Below, in pieces: positions 1 to 12,902 of a stretch of 64,000 nt of DNA (position 1 is its first letter; each line of letters begins with the position of its first letter). The stretch spans positions 1 through 64,000 of the forward strand of contig QPGO01000054.1 in NCBI GenBank assembly GCA_008632985.1, read 5' to 3'. Source of the stretch: Psammoneis japonica (Eukaryota). The notes beneath the pieces are model-generated. The model did no database searches. It saw only the letters and a list, made by a program, of their open reading frames with translations, and was not told where the DNA came from. The position numbers and the translations under genes are program-made.

Positions 1-107
1 CTGGTGAAAAGCCAATCGTAATCTGAATAAATAAGAGAGTTTTAGAAAAACAAATTAGTCGAGAAAAAACGAAGAAAAGAAAAAACGTGACGACGAAAAC
101 CACTCAC

Positions 108-1433
108 CATTGCGTCAAGCATTTCTTGATGCGTCACTTCATCGCTCACACCGTCGCGGCGATCGTACGTCCCACTCTGATTAAGCAATTTGAAATCTTC
201 GAAGTGAAGGTTATCAATATAGAATTGCTCCCTTTCCGCCTTGGTAGCGCTGGAGAGAAACTGATAAAAGACGTGGTAGTTCCGTTCTCCTGCTGCTTGA
301 TGGATGAGTCGAACCTTTTCCAATAGATAAGTTTCAATTGAAGCGCCAGACAGCTTTCCAGACCTTGTGAAGCTAATGTCAATATATTTTCCAAAGCGGG
401 AAGAGTTGTCGTTGCGGATCGTCCTTGCATTTCCAAAGGATTCAAGAATCGGGTTGCTCTGCAACACTTCCTGTTCGATACTGACGTCTTCGGCAGCACC
501 CTTGGGAGACTTACGGGGCGAAGAGCTTTGCATTTCAGCTCGCTTGCGTGAAAGCATGGCAAAGTAGTTCATGACAATCTTGGTCGTGACCGTCTTTCCC
601 GCACCACTCTCCCCAGAAACCAAAATACTCTGGTTGGTCGGATTGTCTAGGAGGGCAACTCGACCCTTGCCTCTTGATACCTGACGTGACTGTCCCATCA
701 GTGCAGAGTTCTCAAGTCCCCTTGTCATTGCACGGTATGCATCATCGGCAGTCTGGTATACGTGTGGTGGAAGCCTTTGATGAGACACATCTCTTCTACT
801 GGGACGACGCTTAAAAGGCGTAACCATCCCGTCGACCCCGTTCTCGGTGTTAGCTCCGACCCCCTTCTCCCCCTGAATTCTATAGCGATCCATCATTTCA
901 GACGAATAAAGACCCATTGGTTTGAACGGGTTGACCGCAATCAGGATGGGACCTGTGGCTGTGTAGATAATATCCGCATCGTACCTGAGTCGCAGGGCGT
1001 GCAGAATAGCAGGTTCGTGTAAATGCGTTAGCCCAATCAAATCGTCGACTCCTCCAACCACTGATTCGTCTACTTTGTTGGAAGGACTCGCAATAACTCC
1101 CGCTTCTGGGTCCTCTCCCGCCAGATGGAAGCTCGTAGGCAAATTTCTCAGCTTAATGTCGTCGTGATCTGCAGTTTTGAGCTGTTCTGGATCCACCGTC
1201 ACCACCACTTCGAACTGGTCTCGCTCATCGTAGTAACTCGAGCGCTGTCGAGCAATACTCGGTCTAGAAGGAGTCATACCCATTGTCATCTCAATGTTTG
1301 GGTCGTCCCTAAGGGTCAGGTTAAACATATCAACTCCCTGCACCGCAACTGGTGTCTTATCCGTAATAACAGCCGGCACCCATCCCCAGTGAGATCCGTC
1401 AGAGCGGAGCCATACGTGCGCTCCCACCTCCAT
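108..1433 (-). CDS. Myosin heavy chain, first exon (N-terminal region and start of motor domain); gene continues beyond the window start
   Basis: Motifs DDLIGLTHLHEPAILHAL, NQSILVSGESGAGKT (P-loop), LESFGNARTIRNDNSSRFGK, YLLEKVR and GERNYHVFYQ. GTGAG donor at ~107; putative CAG acceptor at 1-3. Confidence 0.95.
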
Positions 1434-2326
1434 GGTTGATACCTTAGTTTGCTATCTGGTCGTGTAGCAGAGCAAGTAAGCAAGAGACTAATGAGTATGG
1501 TGGGTTGAATAATAATCAATGCAATCGGTCGACTTGAAGTCGCATCACACTGCAATCGATCGATCGCGACAAACGAAAGGGCCTGGAACAAAGTACCCAA
1601 CAACATGCCACAGAGGTCACAAATCACAGTGTGCTCACCAGGGGATCTTTTAGAGGTAGTTCTGAGTCATCCTACCAAATTTTATGGCCCCAAGTGTCAC
1701 CAGTGGTTCGTTGTATCAACGCATCCAAGGGTGGGCGAGGAGCCCGGCAACGCAAGCTTCCGCCTTTCCATTTTACCCAGTGCAAAGCCTAAACTGGTCG
1801 GTACACTACCAAGATCTTCCAAAAAGCATGGGTGATGTCATGTTTTGACAATGAAGAGAATGTGGTTGTAGAGTAGGAAGAAAGGGTCGTCACACCGTAG
1901 ACCAGATAGACACCTGCACACATGAACTAGACACACAAAAAATCGCTCGTGAGACATGCGATTTTAGTCAAAACAAAGCCAAAACTCTCCAACATACTCA
2001 CAGGCTTATCATATTTTGACTATGATAAGATTGTCTGACAAATGCCAACGTCATAAGTGTCCTCCAGGCTCCATCGCGTCGTTTTGTTCCCAAGGCATGC
2101 ACTTTTCCAAAATTTTGACGGCCGAAAAACGACATGCCGTGATTACGAGCCGACCAAGACCCCGAGAACCACATCAAGCACGTCACATATCCAGCATAAC
2201 ATTCATAATGGGCACACCACAGGATGTAGAGTGAGATGAAGAGTAAGGCTCCCAAACGGATACGCTGCAGTGGTGCAAACGACGTGAAAAGACACCAATG
2301 TTGCAGAAGCGATAATCGAGCAAATC

Positions 2327-2970
2327 GACGATCAATCGACCTTACAAGCTGTAACAAAAAGCAACAATGATCTTTAGTGAATAAGAAACGATATAAAATG
2401 ATAAGACACAAAGAGAACTTACCGTCGCAACGTTGTCGACCGTAATCACTGTCTCGGGTGAAGCCGAAGGAGAAGTTGAGATTCGGTCCGATGGGTGCGG
2501 CATCCGACGCAAATGGCGGATGAGTTCTACCACCATGACTTTCTTCTTCACTTCTCTCTCACATGCTATAAAAGCGACAAGTCTCCAAGGTCGCTACACC
2601 TCTCGATCATCGACACTCTTTCGTACGTAGTGTTATTATGAGAGCTTGTTATCACGCACGATTGAAATCTTTCGCCAAATCGACCGACCGTACGAGACGA
2701 TCAATCGACCTTACAAGCTGTAACAAAAAGCAACAATGATCTTTAGTAAACAAGAAAACGATATAAAATGATAAGACACAAAGAGAACTTACCGTCGCAA
2801 CGTTGTCGACCGTAATCACTGTCTCGGGTGAAGCCGAAGGAGAAGTTGAGATTCGGTCCGATGGGTGCGACATCCGTTGCGCAGATGGTACGGACACGTT
2901 CTACCACCATGACTTTCTTCTTCACTTCTCTCTCACATGCTATAAAAGCGACAAGTCTCCAAGGTCGCTG
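2327..2970. repeat. Direct duplication of ~270 bp (2327-2595 and 2696-2970)
   Basis: Both copies read GACGATCAATCGACCTTACAAGCTGTAAC...GTCTCCAAGGTCGCT, nearly identical, with TpA and CpG retained. Confidence 0.9.
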
Positions 2971-3229
2971 CACCCATCATTGCGATGTCATTGCCATTCT
3001 CGATCATCGACACTCTTACTCTCTTTCGTGTGATAATGACGAGAGAAATCGCTTCGCCAAAAATCGGAAACGGTTGGATAGTTTTTAGTTTTGTACAGAA
3101 AATGCGATAGTAATGCTGTACGTAGAATCAATACCATGACCTAGTATGTAGAACATCGGAAGGACGAGCAGACGAGCCGTGCGCAGACGTAGCTAGATAG
3201 ACAAGCCGCACGTGACGAAGATCTCATGC

Positions 3230-4760
3230 GGACAAAAAGGCAAAGAGAGCAGAATTTGATCCCTTCGAATGGATCCGATCGCGCAGAAAGACGTCGGATG
3301 TCGCATCAGCGCCGGCCATAAAACATGACACCCAACTGCCGCTGATGGCCGACGGCTTTTGAGATCTTAGGGCTACACAACACTTCCCGTATTCGCCAGG
3401 CTGGTGAATCTCTCTCCTCAAGAAGACTGACTCCTGTTTGCCCCAATCTCGCCACTGGTTCAACACAAGAACAAGAGCCGGTGCAGCAGGGCCCAGCATG
3501 AAGTTTGCACAAGGGTGCCAAATGTGACGGACTCGTCATTGTTCAACAAGGCACCATCAAGACAGTCAATGTTTTGATTGGTGACACCAAGGTGCAGGAC
3601 TTGACCTTTGGTTGCAATGGAGTCTTTGGGCAGAATCTCATTCAAGACGAAAAGCCATGGCCAGGCGACGCGAGGGCGCTGACGGATGGAGTCATGTTTT
3701 GCCTTTCACGAGACAACTTTATCTGGGTGGACTCGATCTAGACAAGTTTGTTGCCAAGAGCTTGCATGAGCGCATGCTGGTGCGTTTTTGACAGTGTCTC
3801 GCTCTTGCATGTGCTCTTGTCAACTGTTGTTGTCGATGCTCACATGATGCTTGCAACTGAGCTAACTCTGCAGCAAGCAATTGATCTCTTTCGTAATTCC
3901 AATGTCGACGATGTCGAAATTGATTCAATTGTGGATTGAATCCAAACCATTCACGATGAAAACAAGTACATCTTTTTCCAACAAGGCAAGGTCGTGACGC
4001 ATCCAACGATTTGCATTGTCATTTCGGGAACAGTTTCGGCATCCACCAACAGTTTGTCAGGCAGAATGACCAAGATTCTCGAATCAAACAGCATGTTTGG
4101 ACATGAACAACTCGTGCCAGAAACAAAAGGAGAACCCACAAAAGCAACATGCCGGTGCACCATTGCAGTGGCTCAAGACGTGACAATGGGTGTCTTGACT
4201 CTGGAGGATGTTGAAGGGGTCATTTTAGATCAAGCAAGACTGAGCAGAAAGATTGAAGAGGCACCCACCAAACCGGGACATTCGATTCAACTTGATTCCT
4301 TGGAAATGCTCAAACTGCTGGGAGCGGGCACCTTTGGACAAGTGTGGCTAGTTTGTGAAAGTGACAACCCAGACATTGGCGCAACAAAAAACTGCTCATC
4401 AAGAAGGCAACGCCAAGTGGTGGTGACAGCAGTCAAAGAGCAGGCAAAGCGATGCATGTGCTCAAGGTCCAATGCAAGCGTGATGCACTGAAGTGCAGCC
4501 AAGCAACGGGAGCACTGGAGGAGAGAGCAATTGTGCAAAAGATGGGTCATCCCTTTGTCACACGTCTGCTCGATTCGCACAAGGACGAGGAGTGTCATTG
4601 CATGCTGGTCAATCCATTTCAAGGTGCAGAGCTGTCCAGTGTTGTTCACACACATGAACTTGACGGCATTCCCGAGGATGAGGTTGTTTTCTATGCCGCA
4701 GCAGCATGACATGCTGGACAGTGATGGATGTTGTGTTTCAATCGATCTTGGTTTTGGCGA
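3230..4760 (+). pseudogene. cGMP-dependent protein kinase (PKG)-like pseudogene: cNMP-binding domains plus kinase N-lobe
   Basis: PTICIVISGTV...MFGHEQL (cNMP-binding), LKLLGAGTFGQVWLV, HVLKVQ, HPFVTRLLDSHKDEECHCML, QGAEL, FYAAA and DSDGCCVSIDLGFG. Stops and frameshifts are present and the catalytic HRDLKPEN segment is missing. Confidence 0.8.
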
Positions 4761-5004
4761 GTGTTGCATGGGTGTCATTTGGCAGCAGAGGCACAACTCT
4801 TTTAAATGCATGTTGTTTGCTCATTGTGTCTTGAGTCCACCACGGCCTTCAGTGCACAGGGTCGTGATGCCGATCACGACCAAGAGGAGATTTGGAACAA
4901 AATTGTCAATGCTTCCACTTTTTTGGTGTGATGATCCCCCGACTGAAAGTGCGGGAAGTGGCGTCAGCCTGACTGCTGCAAGTGCAAGAGCTTCTCGGTC
5001 GTCG

Positions 5005-5720
5005 ATGGCTCAAACCTCCAACACAAGTTCTCCAGACAACAATGTCGTGGTCATGAACAGCGGGTGTGACTTGCATGATGAATCATTTCCAAAGCAATTT
5101 AACACCGGCCTGATTTCACGTGAAGAGTGCAATGAGAAAATGCAGCAACTCAGAGAACGCTTGGACGAGTGGAAATGCGGAAGAGCAACTGTTGCGATTC
5201 TAACCGCTGCCTTGTTTGTTCTTGTTGCCTTTTTGTGGCCTGCTTTGCTGCCCATTTTTGGAGCAGCCCGCTGTTTGATCATCCTGGGTGCATCACAGCC
5301 ATGGCTGTGACCATCACTTCTGCATTTTGCCTCCTCCATTGGTGTTCACGACGGGAATCGCAGAAGCCAGTGGTGGACGTTGAAGACTTGCATCAACTCT
5401 GGAGAGGCTGAGGCGTCCACGTGACAATGAAACGACATGCAAATGTCGCCCAATCAATCCCATGTGTGCAACGTTCATCAAGAGCAACACATGGAGGCAA
5501 CCCACATCTGGGTCAAATTGTCGTCATGACACCAATCGATGAAAACAAGGAAGATGCGCAAGACAATGCAAGTGTGGGAACAATCATGACTGATGCCAGC
5601 CGCCAGAGTGGAAGTGGTGACAAAGCAAATGAGGAGGGAGAGGTGAATGTTGCAGATGATGTCATTTGGAAGCAGTGTGTTGCGTCGTTGCGTGTTGCGC
5701 AAGCAGCAGCTTGGATTGAC
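5005..5720 (+). pseudogene. Degenerate host-gene fragment, possibly an ERF4/golgin-A7-like membrane protein
   Basis: SGCDLHDESFPKQFNTGLISREECNEKMQQL followed by hydrophobic segments; frameshifted. Confidence 0.35.
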
Positions 5721-7238
5721 TGAAGCTTTTCGAAAAGTTCGAGCCATGAAATCATGAGCATTGATTTTAAATGGCACGTTTTGTGCTTCACGCACAGGAG
5801 CCTCGGGACATCCTTTGAAGCCGTGCAAGCCCGCCTTGATGTGCTGCAGCCCCACTGGAGTAGAACTCACCACACAGCGGACGCCATCTTTCACGAGAGC
5901 AGCAATCGGCAGCTGTTCTTTAACTGAATCGGAGTCACAGGATGGCATCTGTTTTCCAACTGAATCGTTGCTCTAAAGTGAGATCAATGGCCAGCATGCG
6001 TGCTGGGTGCAAAAATGGGAACGTTTGCAAGAGTTTTGCGTGGAAGGACTCACGATGATAAAATGCTACACAGAAAATGGTCTCTGACGGCAGGTCCAGT
6101 TTACGAAAAGGATTCATGCTTTTCAACAAACCAAGCAACAACAACGAGCACAGCTTTCCATCTCAGTTGCTTGTCCTTGATCCGCATGGCAACTTGAGCT
6201 GCGCTTTCACTCCGATTTAAACGCCACAACAGAACACAGATCTGCAGAGCATTTCAAGCAGTTTGGAAGAAAGAGAGCCCGTGAAGCAAGGTGGCAAACC
6301 ATGAGAGGGAGATCTCATTCAGGAAGCCTTGCCAGCCAAATCCATTTCTTGCCGTCAAGCATGATGATCTCATCACTCTTGCAAAAGACACTGCAACTGT
6401 CAATGGCACCAGAACAAAAGAAAATGGCGAGTGTCTCTCGCAAGATCTTTTGCTTCATTGAAACCAACCACAATTTTTTTTTGTGAAAGCACTTGGCAGC
6501 CTCAAGTTGGAGCAGTCCTTTGACATTGAACCTCAATTCCATGGATGGACGGTTGTCTTGTTGTTCTCCCGAACCGTTGCTGGTTCATGTCACGACAACA
6601 AGAAGCCACCCACACAAAAATGCTGATGATTCTTCCGCCTCAGTGTCATCACATTGATTTTAACTAAGATGGAAGGGTCACAGAGTTTACTTTCCATGCA
6701 GCCGACCAAGCCCAAGGAACAACTGAGGGGCTTGTGGTGAAGCGATTGCCTTTTTGTTGTGGAGTTGGCAAACACTGCCACCGTTTCCTGAGGGCAGACA
6801 ATGCAGAAGAGTCTTGGGTGCCATCTTGCTTCCTTGATTGGTTGTTTTCTGCAAAATGCATGTCTCGCAAAGCAAGAACCAGTTGTGGCAGAAAAAGAAG
6901 CTTGAGCTTGAAATGATCAATCCTTGCATTCTGACTTGTGTCGGAGGATGCATTGAAGTCAATGCTGCACATCCTGGGCCATCAGTTTGGCGGGGTTGGC
7001 AGATGCTTTTGCAGCATGAGGCGGGGTGGACTGGTGGACCACGACGACTTTTGNCTCAGGGTTTCGAACCCCTGGCCTCCTGCCCAATGGTTGCGATGAA
7101 CCACTCCGCTGTGAATTCACAACGCAGCATGCATGCAGACAAAAGGTTGTTTTTGTCATGCCCTTTGTGACATTTGAAGGCTGCAACATGTCGCTGTGAT
7201 GCATTGACTCTCACCAGCAGCTGCACATTGCAGGGCGG

Positions 7239-7775
7239 TCGTGGCGGCAGGTGTTCGTTGAACTCCAACACAGCACACACGGTGGAACAGCACGTTCTGG
7301 CAATGATTGAGGTGTGGCAAGCCAGGATGGTTGCTCAACGACAAGTCATTGCCACCAGATGACACTCATGCACAGCGCATGTGCCACAAGCCCAATGATC
7401 CACATGCCCCCATCCATGTTGATCAAATTACGGTCTGAATGGTTTGGCCTCTTGTCTGACTGCAAGAGGCCCGGGCTCTGCTGAGAGCACCCATGTCGTC
7501 CCTTGCACGACAGCGTTGTTGCCCTCTCTGTCACGTTCGTTGTTTGTTCTCACAAAGTTGGGCCATCGTGGCGGCAAGTGTGTGTTGAACTCCAAAACCA
7601 GCACACACGGTGGAACAGCTTGCACTGGCGCATGTGCCACAAGCCCAATGATCCACGTGCCCCTGCCCTGTGCAGCAAGATCCATGTGTTGAGCAAATTA
7701 CGGTCTGAATGGTTTGGCCTTGCATCTCACTGCAAGAGGCCCGGGCTCTGCCAAGCGCCCATGTCATCCCTTGGT
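7239..7775. repeat. Imperfect tandem duplication within the degenerate block
   Basis: GTGGCGGCA..GTTGAACTCC, GCGCATGTGCCACAAGCCCAATGATCCAC and CAAATTACGGTCTGAATGGTTTGGCCT each occur twice (~7240-7505 and ~7568-7773). Confidence 0.8.
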
Positions 7776-10397
7776 TGCAAAGGTTGAACTCCCCAGAGAT
7801 CGCTCAGTGACTCCCATCTGCCACTTGGCACATTGCTTTGTCTCTTGCCTTTGTCTCTCGTGCAAGCAGGGTCCCATCAAACTGACTGCACCTGATGCTT
7901 TTCGAAGAGGTGGGTCACGTGCTGGGATGCGCTCTGCTGCTGGCGCAGAAGAAGACCTTGTTCATGACGCGTGCACATGTGAGTGTCACTTGGCTGCCGC
8001 AACTCTCTTCTTTGTAAGTCAAGCTCCGTCTCTTTCCAGCTTGTGTCTTTCCTTGATGATGGCAGTGTGTTTTCTGCCAAGCAGTGGGCACATGTGTGTT
8101 GTTTTGACGCAAAGTGCTCAAAACTAGTTGCAAATCGTGTGGTCAAAGACAGCAAGAGGCAACCCTCGATCAAAATCTTTGTTCCATCACATTGGCATGA
8201 GCCGCCAACTGCCACGGTCCAAAATTAAACTTGTTGTTCTTCCTGAACACAAAACTCAAGATTGGAGTCCTCATCTTTGCCCTCTCTTTTGGGCACAGTG
8301 TGGCTGCTCAAACCATGCTGTGCTTTTGGCACAACTTGCTGTGAAAACTGGTGCAAGATCCAGTTTCAAACAATGGATGACATGCATGTGGCAGCACTGG
8401 TGGTCTCATGCTGACACTGCATGAGATCATGCAGGAAAAAGTCGGTGACTTTCATGTCTGTCATGGACAGGAAGTGAGTGATTTTCTTGCTGGCAAACAA
8501 GGTGAGCCAGAGATTCATGCTGGTGCCAGTTGTTGTGGAGATGGCTGCCAAATTGCCCCAAACATCAAGCACCCATGGAAAAGCATGCAAACGATCTGGG
8601 GCACATGAAGCAACAACTCATGAATCTGAGGAAGGATCTCCAAACTGAGCTTGCTCCATCGTTTCTTGCCAGCTCTGCACAAGATCATTGCTTTGCAGAT
8701 CTGAGTTGGCCAATGATGACTGCGGTTGCATCAAGCACAGAAAGATGCCATCCGCATGGCAGTTGTCATGATGATCCACCCAAGCAGCAGAAAGAGGAGC
8801 CATGACAATGTCTGCCATGTCATCATCGGAAGCAACTGGCGGGGATTGGCAGGCTCTTGGAGGACCAGCCAAGGTTTCTTTCCATGCAGAAAATCTTGTT
8901 GTGGACTGGCACTCTGCTCCATCATCCCAAAGAACAGTCCTGTTGTCCCCCGTTTGCACACATGACTGAGCAAGCCTTGATGGCACCAACTGAATCAAAG
9001 GGCACCAGCAACTGTCCATTGTTGTCCTTTGGTTTTTCAAGGAAACAGAGCTGGCATCTCCAGGGACTTGTCAAGAACTTTCTCATCATGCCTGCACTGT
9101 TGTGCAGCTCAAATGCAGCATTGACTGTGATGCTCCTCCAGGCAAAGGCACTGCACACTGGCGTCCCTTGGTTGCAAGAGTTGCTGTCAATCTGGGTGAA
9201 AAAAACACGGTCACTCTTGTGGACTCTGTCATGTTGTTCACCCCCAAGGCATTGTGCACACACACAGCAGAGCAAACATTGCCACCAAGATTGTTCCTGG
9301 TCAGGGTGCCCCTCAAAGCATTGAAAAACCGATTCAAAAACTTGACAATCTCATGGAAGAAGATGTGGGTTGCCACCAGGTGCATCAGGGGTGTCCATTT
9401 GCATCTGCTGCATCATGCATCATTTTTTGTTGGCACCACACCATCATGTGCAAAACCTTTGTTGCCTTCTCTGGAGAGAGTTTGGAGACAGGTGTCATCA
9501 CCTTGAGCAGGATCAGCACTGGGTGACAGATCTGTGCCTCAGATTGTTTGCTTTTTCAGGTCTGAGTTGGATCTCTTGCAGTGTCCACATCCTTGTGTTG
9601 AGAGGCCCTCCAAATCAAGTCTCAATGACACCTGCTGCAGCTCTTCATTTTCTGTCACATTGACTTGAGCAAATCTCTCAATGTGATGCCAGCAAGCTCT
9701 GCATTGGCATTGGTGTGTGTCCACCCCCAATCTCAGCACTTGGCAGTTGGACAGGTGGGAATGGACCAAGTCAAAACATGCACAACAAGAAAGGGTCATG
9801 AGCCATTGGCATCGCCAAAAGATGGTTGTCTCTGATGTTGAGCTGCAAACGTGATTGATTTTAGCTGCAGGGGAGTTGTGCAGTGCAAATGGACATTGCA
9901 TTTTGACATGCCCAACCTGTTTGTGTGCTTTTCTTCCTTCACCTGGCCATGTGTGGTTGTGCCTTGCAAGAGATTGCCAGCAAGCAGCATTGTTTTGCAA
10001 GTTCAATCTGCACATGCAGAAGCTGCGCTTGCTGTTCACTGGTCCAATGCCATCACTGCACTGGTTGGATGGAGCTGTGTCATTGGAGCAGCAGTTCAAA
10101 CTGCTCACTCTGCAGCTGCAGCTTCTGGGGCCAATCGTGGTGCCAAACCAAACCACAGCAAGCCCTGGAACCACTGCAAGACCACAATTTGACAGCTGTG
10201 TCTTTCTGGTCTTTGCGCACATTCCATCCATTGCAACTCTTTCCAATCGTGGCTTGCACCCTGCAGCAATTGAGTCACAAGTTGAGGCACATTGCTGTTT
10301 GCACCATGTGTCAAAACCAAAGCCCCCCAGAAAACCAAACCAACATGTCAACCTCTTCATGACAATGGCAGAAAAAGATCCCCCATGAAAAAGACAC

Positions 10398-11930
10398 ATC
10401 CTCAACCTCCGCAAGACCCAAATTCTCACTGCCAAATTGCTGGAAGCAGCCCCATTCCCACTCTTCCTCCCTCTCAAGCTGACCCTCTCTGTGCCACCCT
10501 CTCATGCCTTAACGCTGAAAATGATTCATCCTGCAGCTCCAAACTCACCTCTGGTGTGTCTGCTTCCTTGGTCAACCCCTTGGTTCACAAACTTTTGCTG
10601 GCTCCTTCTTCTCTGCCACCGCTTCCACCCTCTCCAACAAGGTTGACATGCTCCTCTCTTGCCTTCATGACAAGCAAACTCAAGCTCAACTTTTCAAGCA
10701 TTTCTTCACTCCTTCCTCTGTCCATCCACTTGGCACCAACTTTTGCCACAGCTTTGATCCCAACAACCCACCCAATCCCTTCCTCTGGCCCTCCTCCTTT
10801 CAAGCTTTCTTCTTGCTGCTGCTCACTGATTTCTCCACTCTGTGCCACCTCCCATGCTGCTCCTCTCCCCATTCACCACTCCCTTGCCATTGCCCTCCTT
10901 CCTGCTTTGCTTGGGTGCTTTGGTCTTCATGATCCATCAGCTGCTGCCACCCCTTTGTTTCTGATCTCACTCCTCCTCCACCCCCTCTGCTTTGCATCTT
11001 GCAGCATCCAGCTGCCGTCAGGTGCTGCCGCCACCCTTCCTTGCTGCTTTGAGCTCTCCCTGTCTGCTTGGAACAACCCCCCCGCTTAACCTTGCATCTT
11101 TGCATGATCTTCCATTGCTGTTCCCCTGCTCTTGCTTCTGCCCCTGCCCTTTCTGCCTCCTCCCTGGCTGCCCTTGTCAAGTCGGCCACTCTTCCTGGCC
11201 TGGCCTGGCCTGCCATCAACATCATGAGCACCAGCAACAAATCATTGCTTCTGCTCTTGCCAATGCTCCCTCTGACATGCAAGTCTCTCTGCCTTTGCTG
11301 CTGTCCCTGCTCACCAGCTCACCACTTCATTCTCTCTCTCTCTTGCCACTCCAAGAGCTCTCATCTCACTTCTGATGCCTGTGTTGTTGCCACCCAGTGA
11401 AAACCCAATTCTTCCTTCCTCCCTTGCTGGTGTGCCTTGTCCCTGTGGCTGTGTTGCTTTGCTCAACAATGACAGCATCTTCCTTCTTCCTTTCTCTGTC
11501 AATTACCTCTTGGCAGCCTTGGATTCTTTGCCCATCACATCCTTTTTTGCTCTGTGCATTCATCTGCTCACTCTCAACCCAAGCCTCCCTGGTCCTCTCC
11601 TTCTGATCTTTGCCGCTCTGATGCTTCTTGCTCTGCTTTCCTCTGTGCCATCATCTCCCTCTGCTCTCCTCCCATCTGCTGATTTTGTGTGGAATCACCT
11701 GTCCACTGAACGCTTTGGCACTGCATTCCGCACCACTTCTCCTTCTCAGTGGGCCATTCAAACCCTTGGTCACAGCATTGTCCTTCCCCTGCCTTGTCCA
11801 GCCCTTCTGCCAAGCACCCCACGTCCTGCACTTGCTGCCCATTCTTGTCTGCCGTCACTGCAGCTGTCTCCGTGCCTCTTCTGCTGTCCCCTTTTGCTTC
11901 ACACAGGCTCTTTAACTCTGCACTTAGTTT
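10398..11930 (+). mobile_element. 5'-truncated, decayed non-LTR retrotransposon, CRE-like (RT C-terminus, Zn-knuckle and restriction-like endonuclease region)
   Basis: Joined across frameshifts: ILNLRKTQILT, SGVCFLGQPLGSQTFA, LHDKQTQAQLFKH, LPALLGCFGLHDP, LLPFSVNYL/GSLGFFAHHILF and PSQWAIQTLGHSI. Confidence 0.6.
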
Positions 11931-12246
11931 AAAAACGTGCCAAATGAAACTGCACACAAAACACAAACAAGAGCAATGTCAAGCATCAGCCACACACCCA
12001 GCACCCGCACCCGTCGCCATCTAACCATGAACTTTGGCACCGAATTCCTTTCCCTCCCCAAGGACAAGAGGCAGCTCTTGCTGGAGATGACCAAGTTTCT
12101 TGCAGAGTGGAGTAACAACCCGGTGCTGAAACACTCAACACAACGCATTGATGCCACACATGATCACTTTCGTCACACCCAAGAGTGAGCTTCTCGCATG
12201 ACACTGCCTGCTGCTTGTTTCTGTCCTGCTGATTCATTCTAACATC

Positions 12247-12516
12247 TTGACATTTGCTGTTCTCCATGGAAGGGTGAGCGAAGATAAAGGAGAGAAGCTC
12301 AGTCAGGACTTGACGGAAGCCAACGAAGAGGTGGCCGACACGGAGGCTGAAATCGAGGCTCAACAACGCGAGTTGTCTCGCGGCCAAGCGAAGCATGACT
12401 CGTTGCGCGACAAGCTTGCTGGCCGCAAAGATCGCGCTGCTTCAGCCGCTGGAGGGTGCGAGGATTGGAAGCAAGAACACATCAAGTTGACTCGCGAGCG
12501 GGAGGCGTGCTTGTGA
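12247..12516 (+). pseudogene. Coiled-coil coding fragment of unknown origin
   Basis: EKLSQDLTEANEEVADTEAEIEAQQRELSR heptad-like run; TpA-poor but CpG-rich. Confidence 0.3.
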
Positions 12517-12788
12517 CATCTGGGTAAAACCCACCCAGCAGGATCCGCGAGGATTGAGTCGTCGAAACCGTCGAACTCTTGGGGAGCTCCGACTACCATG
12601 CTACTGCCCGTACCGGTATGTTCAGTTCTGCTTCAATGTTGGGGGGCATGTCGTAAGGAAATGGATTTTGTAGAAGCTGTAGTCTGTAGAACAACTGCAT
12701 ATATTTACTAGATCTAGGCCTAGAGATCAAACCGAACACCTTCCAAAGTAGTCGTCTTAAAGATGTATGCGTCCCAACGAATTCATCA

Positions 12789-12902
12789 AACATTTCCATT
12801 ATTAGCGACAGGGAGAAACAAAAAGATACCTCCGCCGTCGTTGTTAACATTTCCATTTTTAGCGACAGGGAGAAACAAAAAGATACCTCCGCCGTCGTTG
12901 TT
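12789..12902. repeat. 57-bp tandem duplication
   Basis: AACATTTCCATTWTTAGCGACAGGGAGAAACAAAAAGATACCTCCGCCGTCGTTGTT occurs twice. Confidence 0.9.

Larger units (their letters stand above)
3230..12590. other. TpA-depleted degenerate domain 1 (hypermutated TE/pseudogene block)
   Basis: TA is very rare and CA/TG abundant. ORFs here are almost Tyr-free and rich in Cys and His. Edges are approximate. Confidence 0.85.

Noticed and set aside
8000..10390. Possible helicase- or transposase-bearing element
   Set aside because: Only vague motif echoes (ALMAPT, PPGKGT) are visible; it cannot be assigned without back-mutation and an HMM search.
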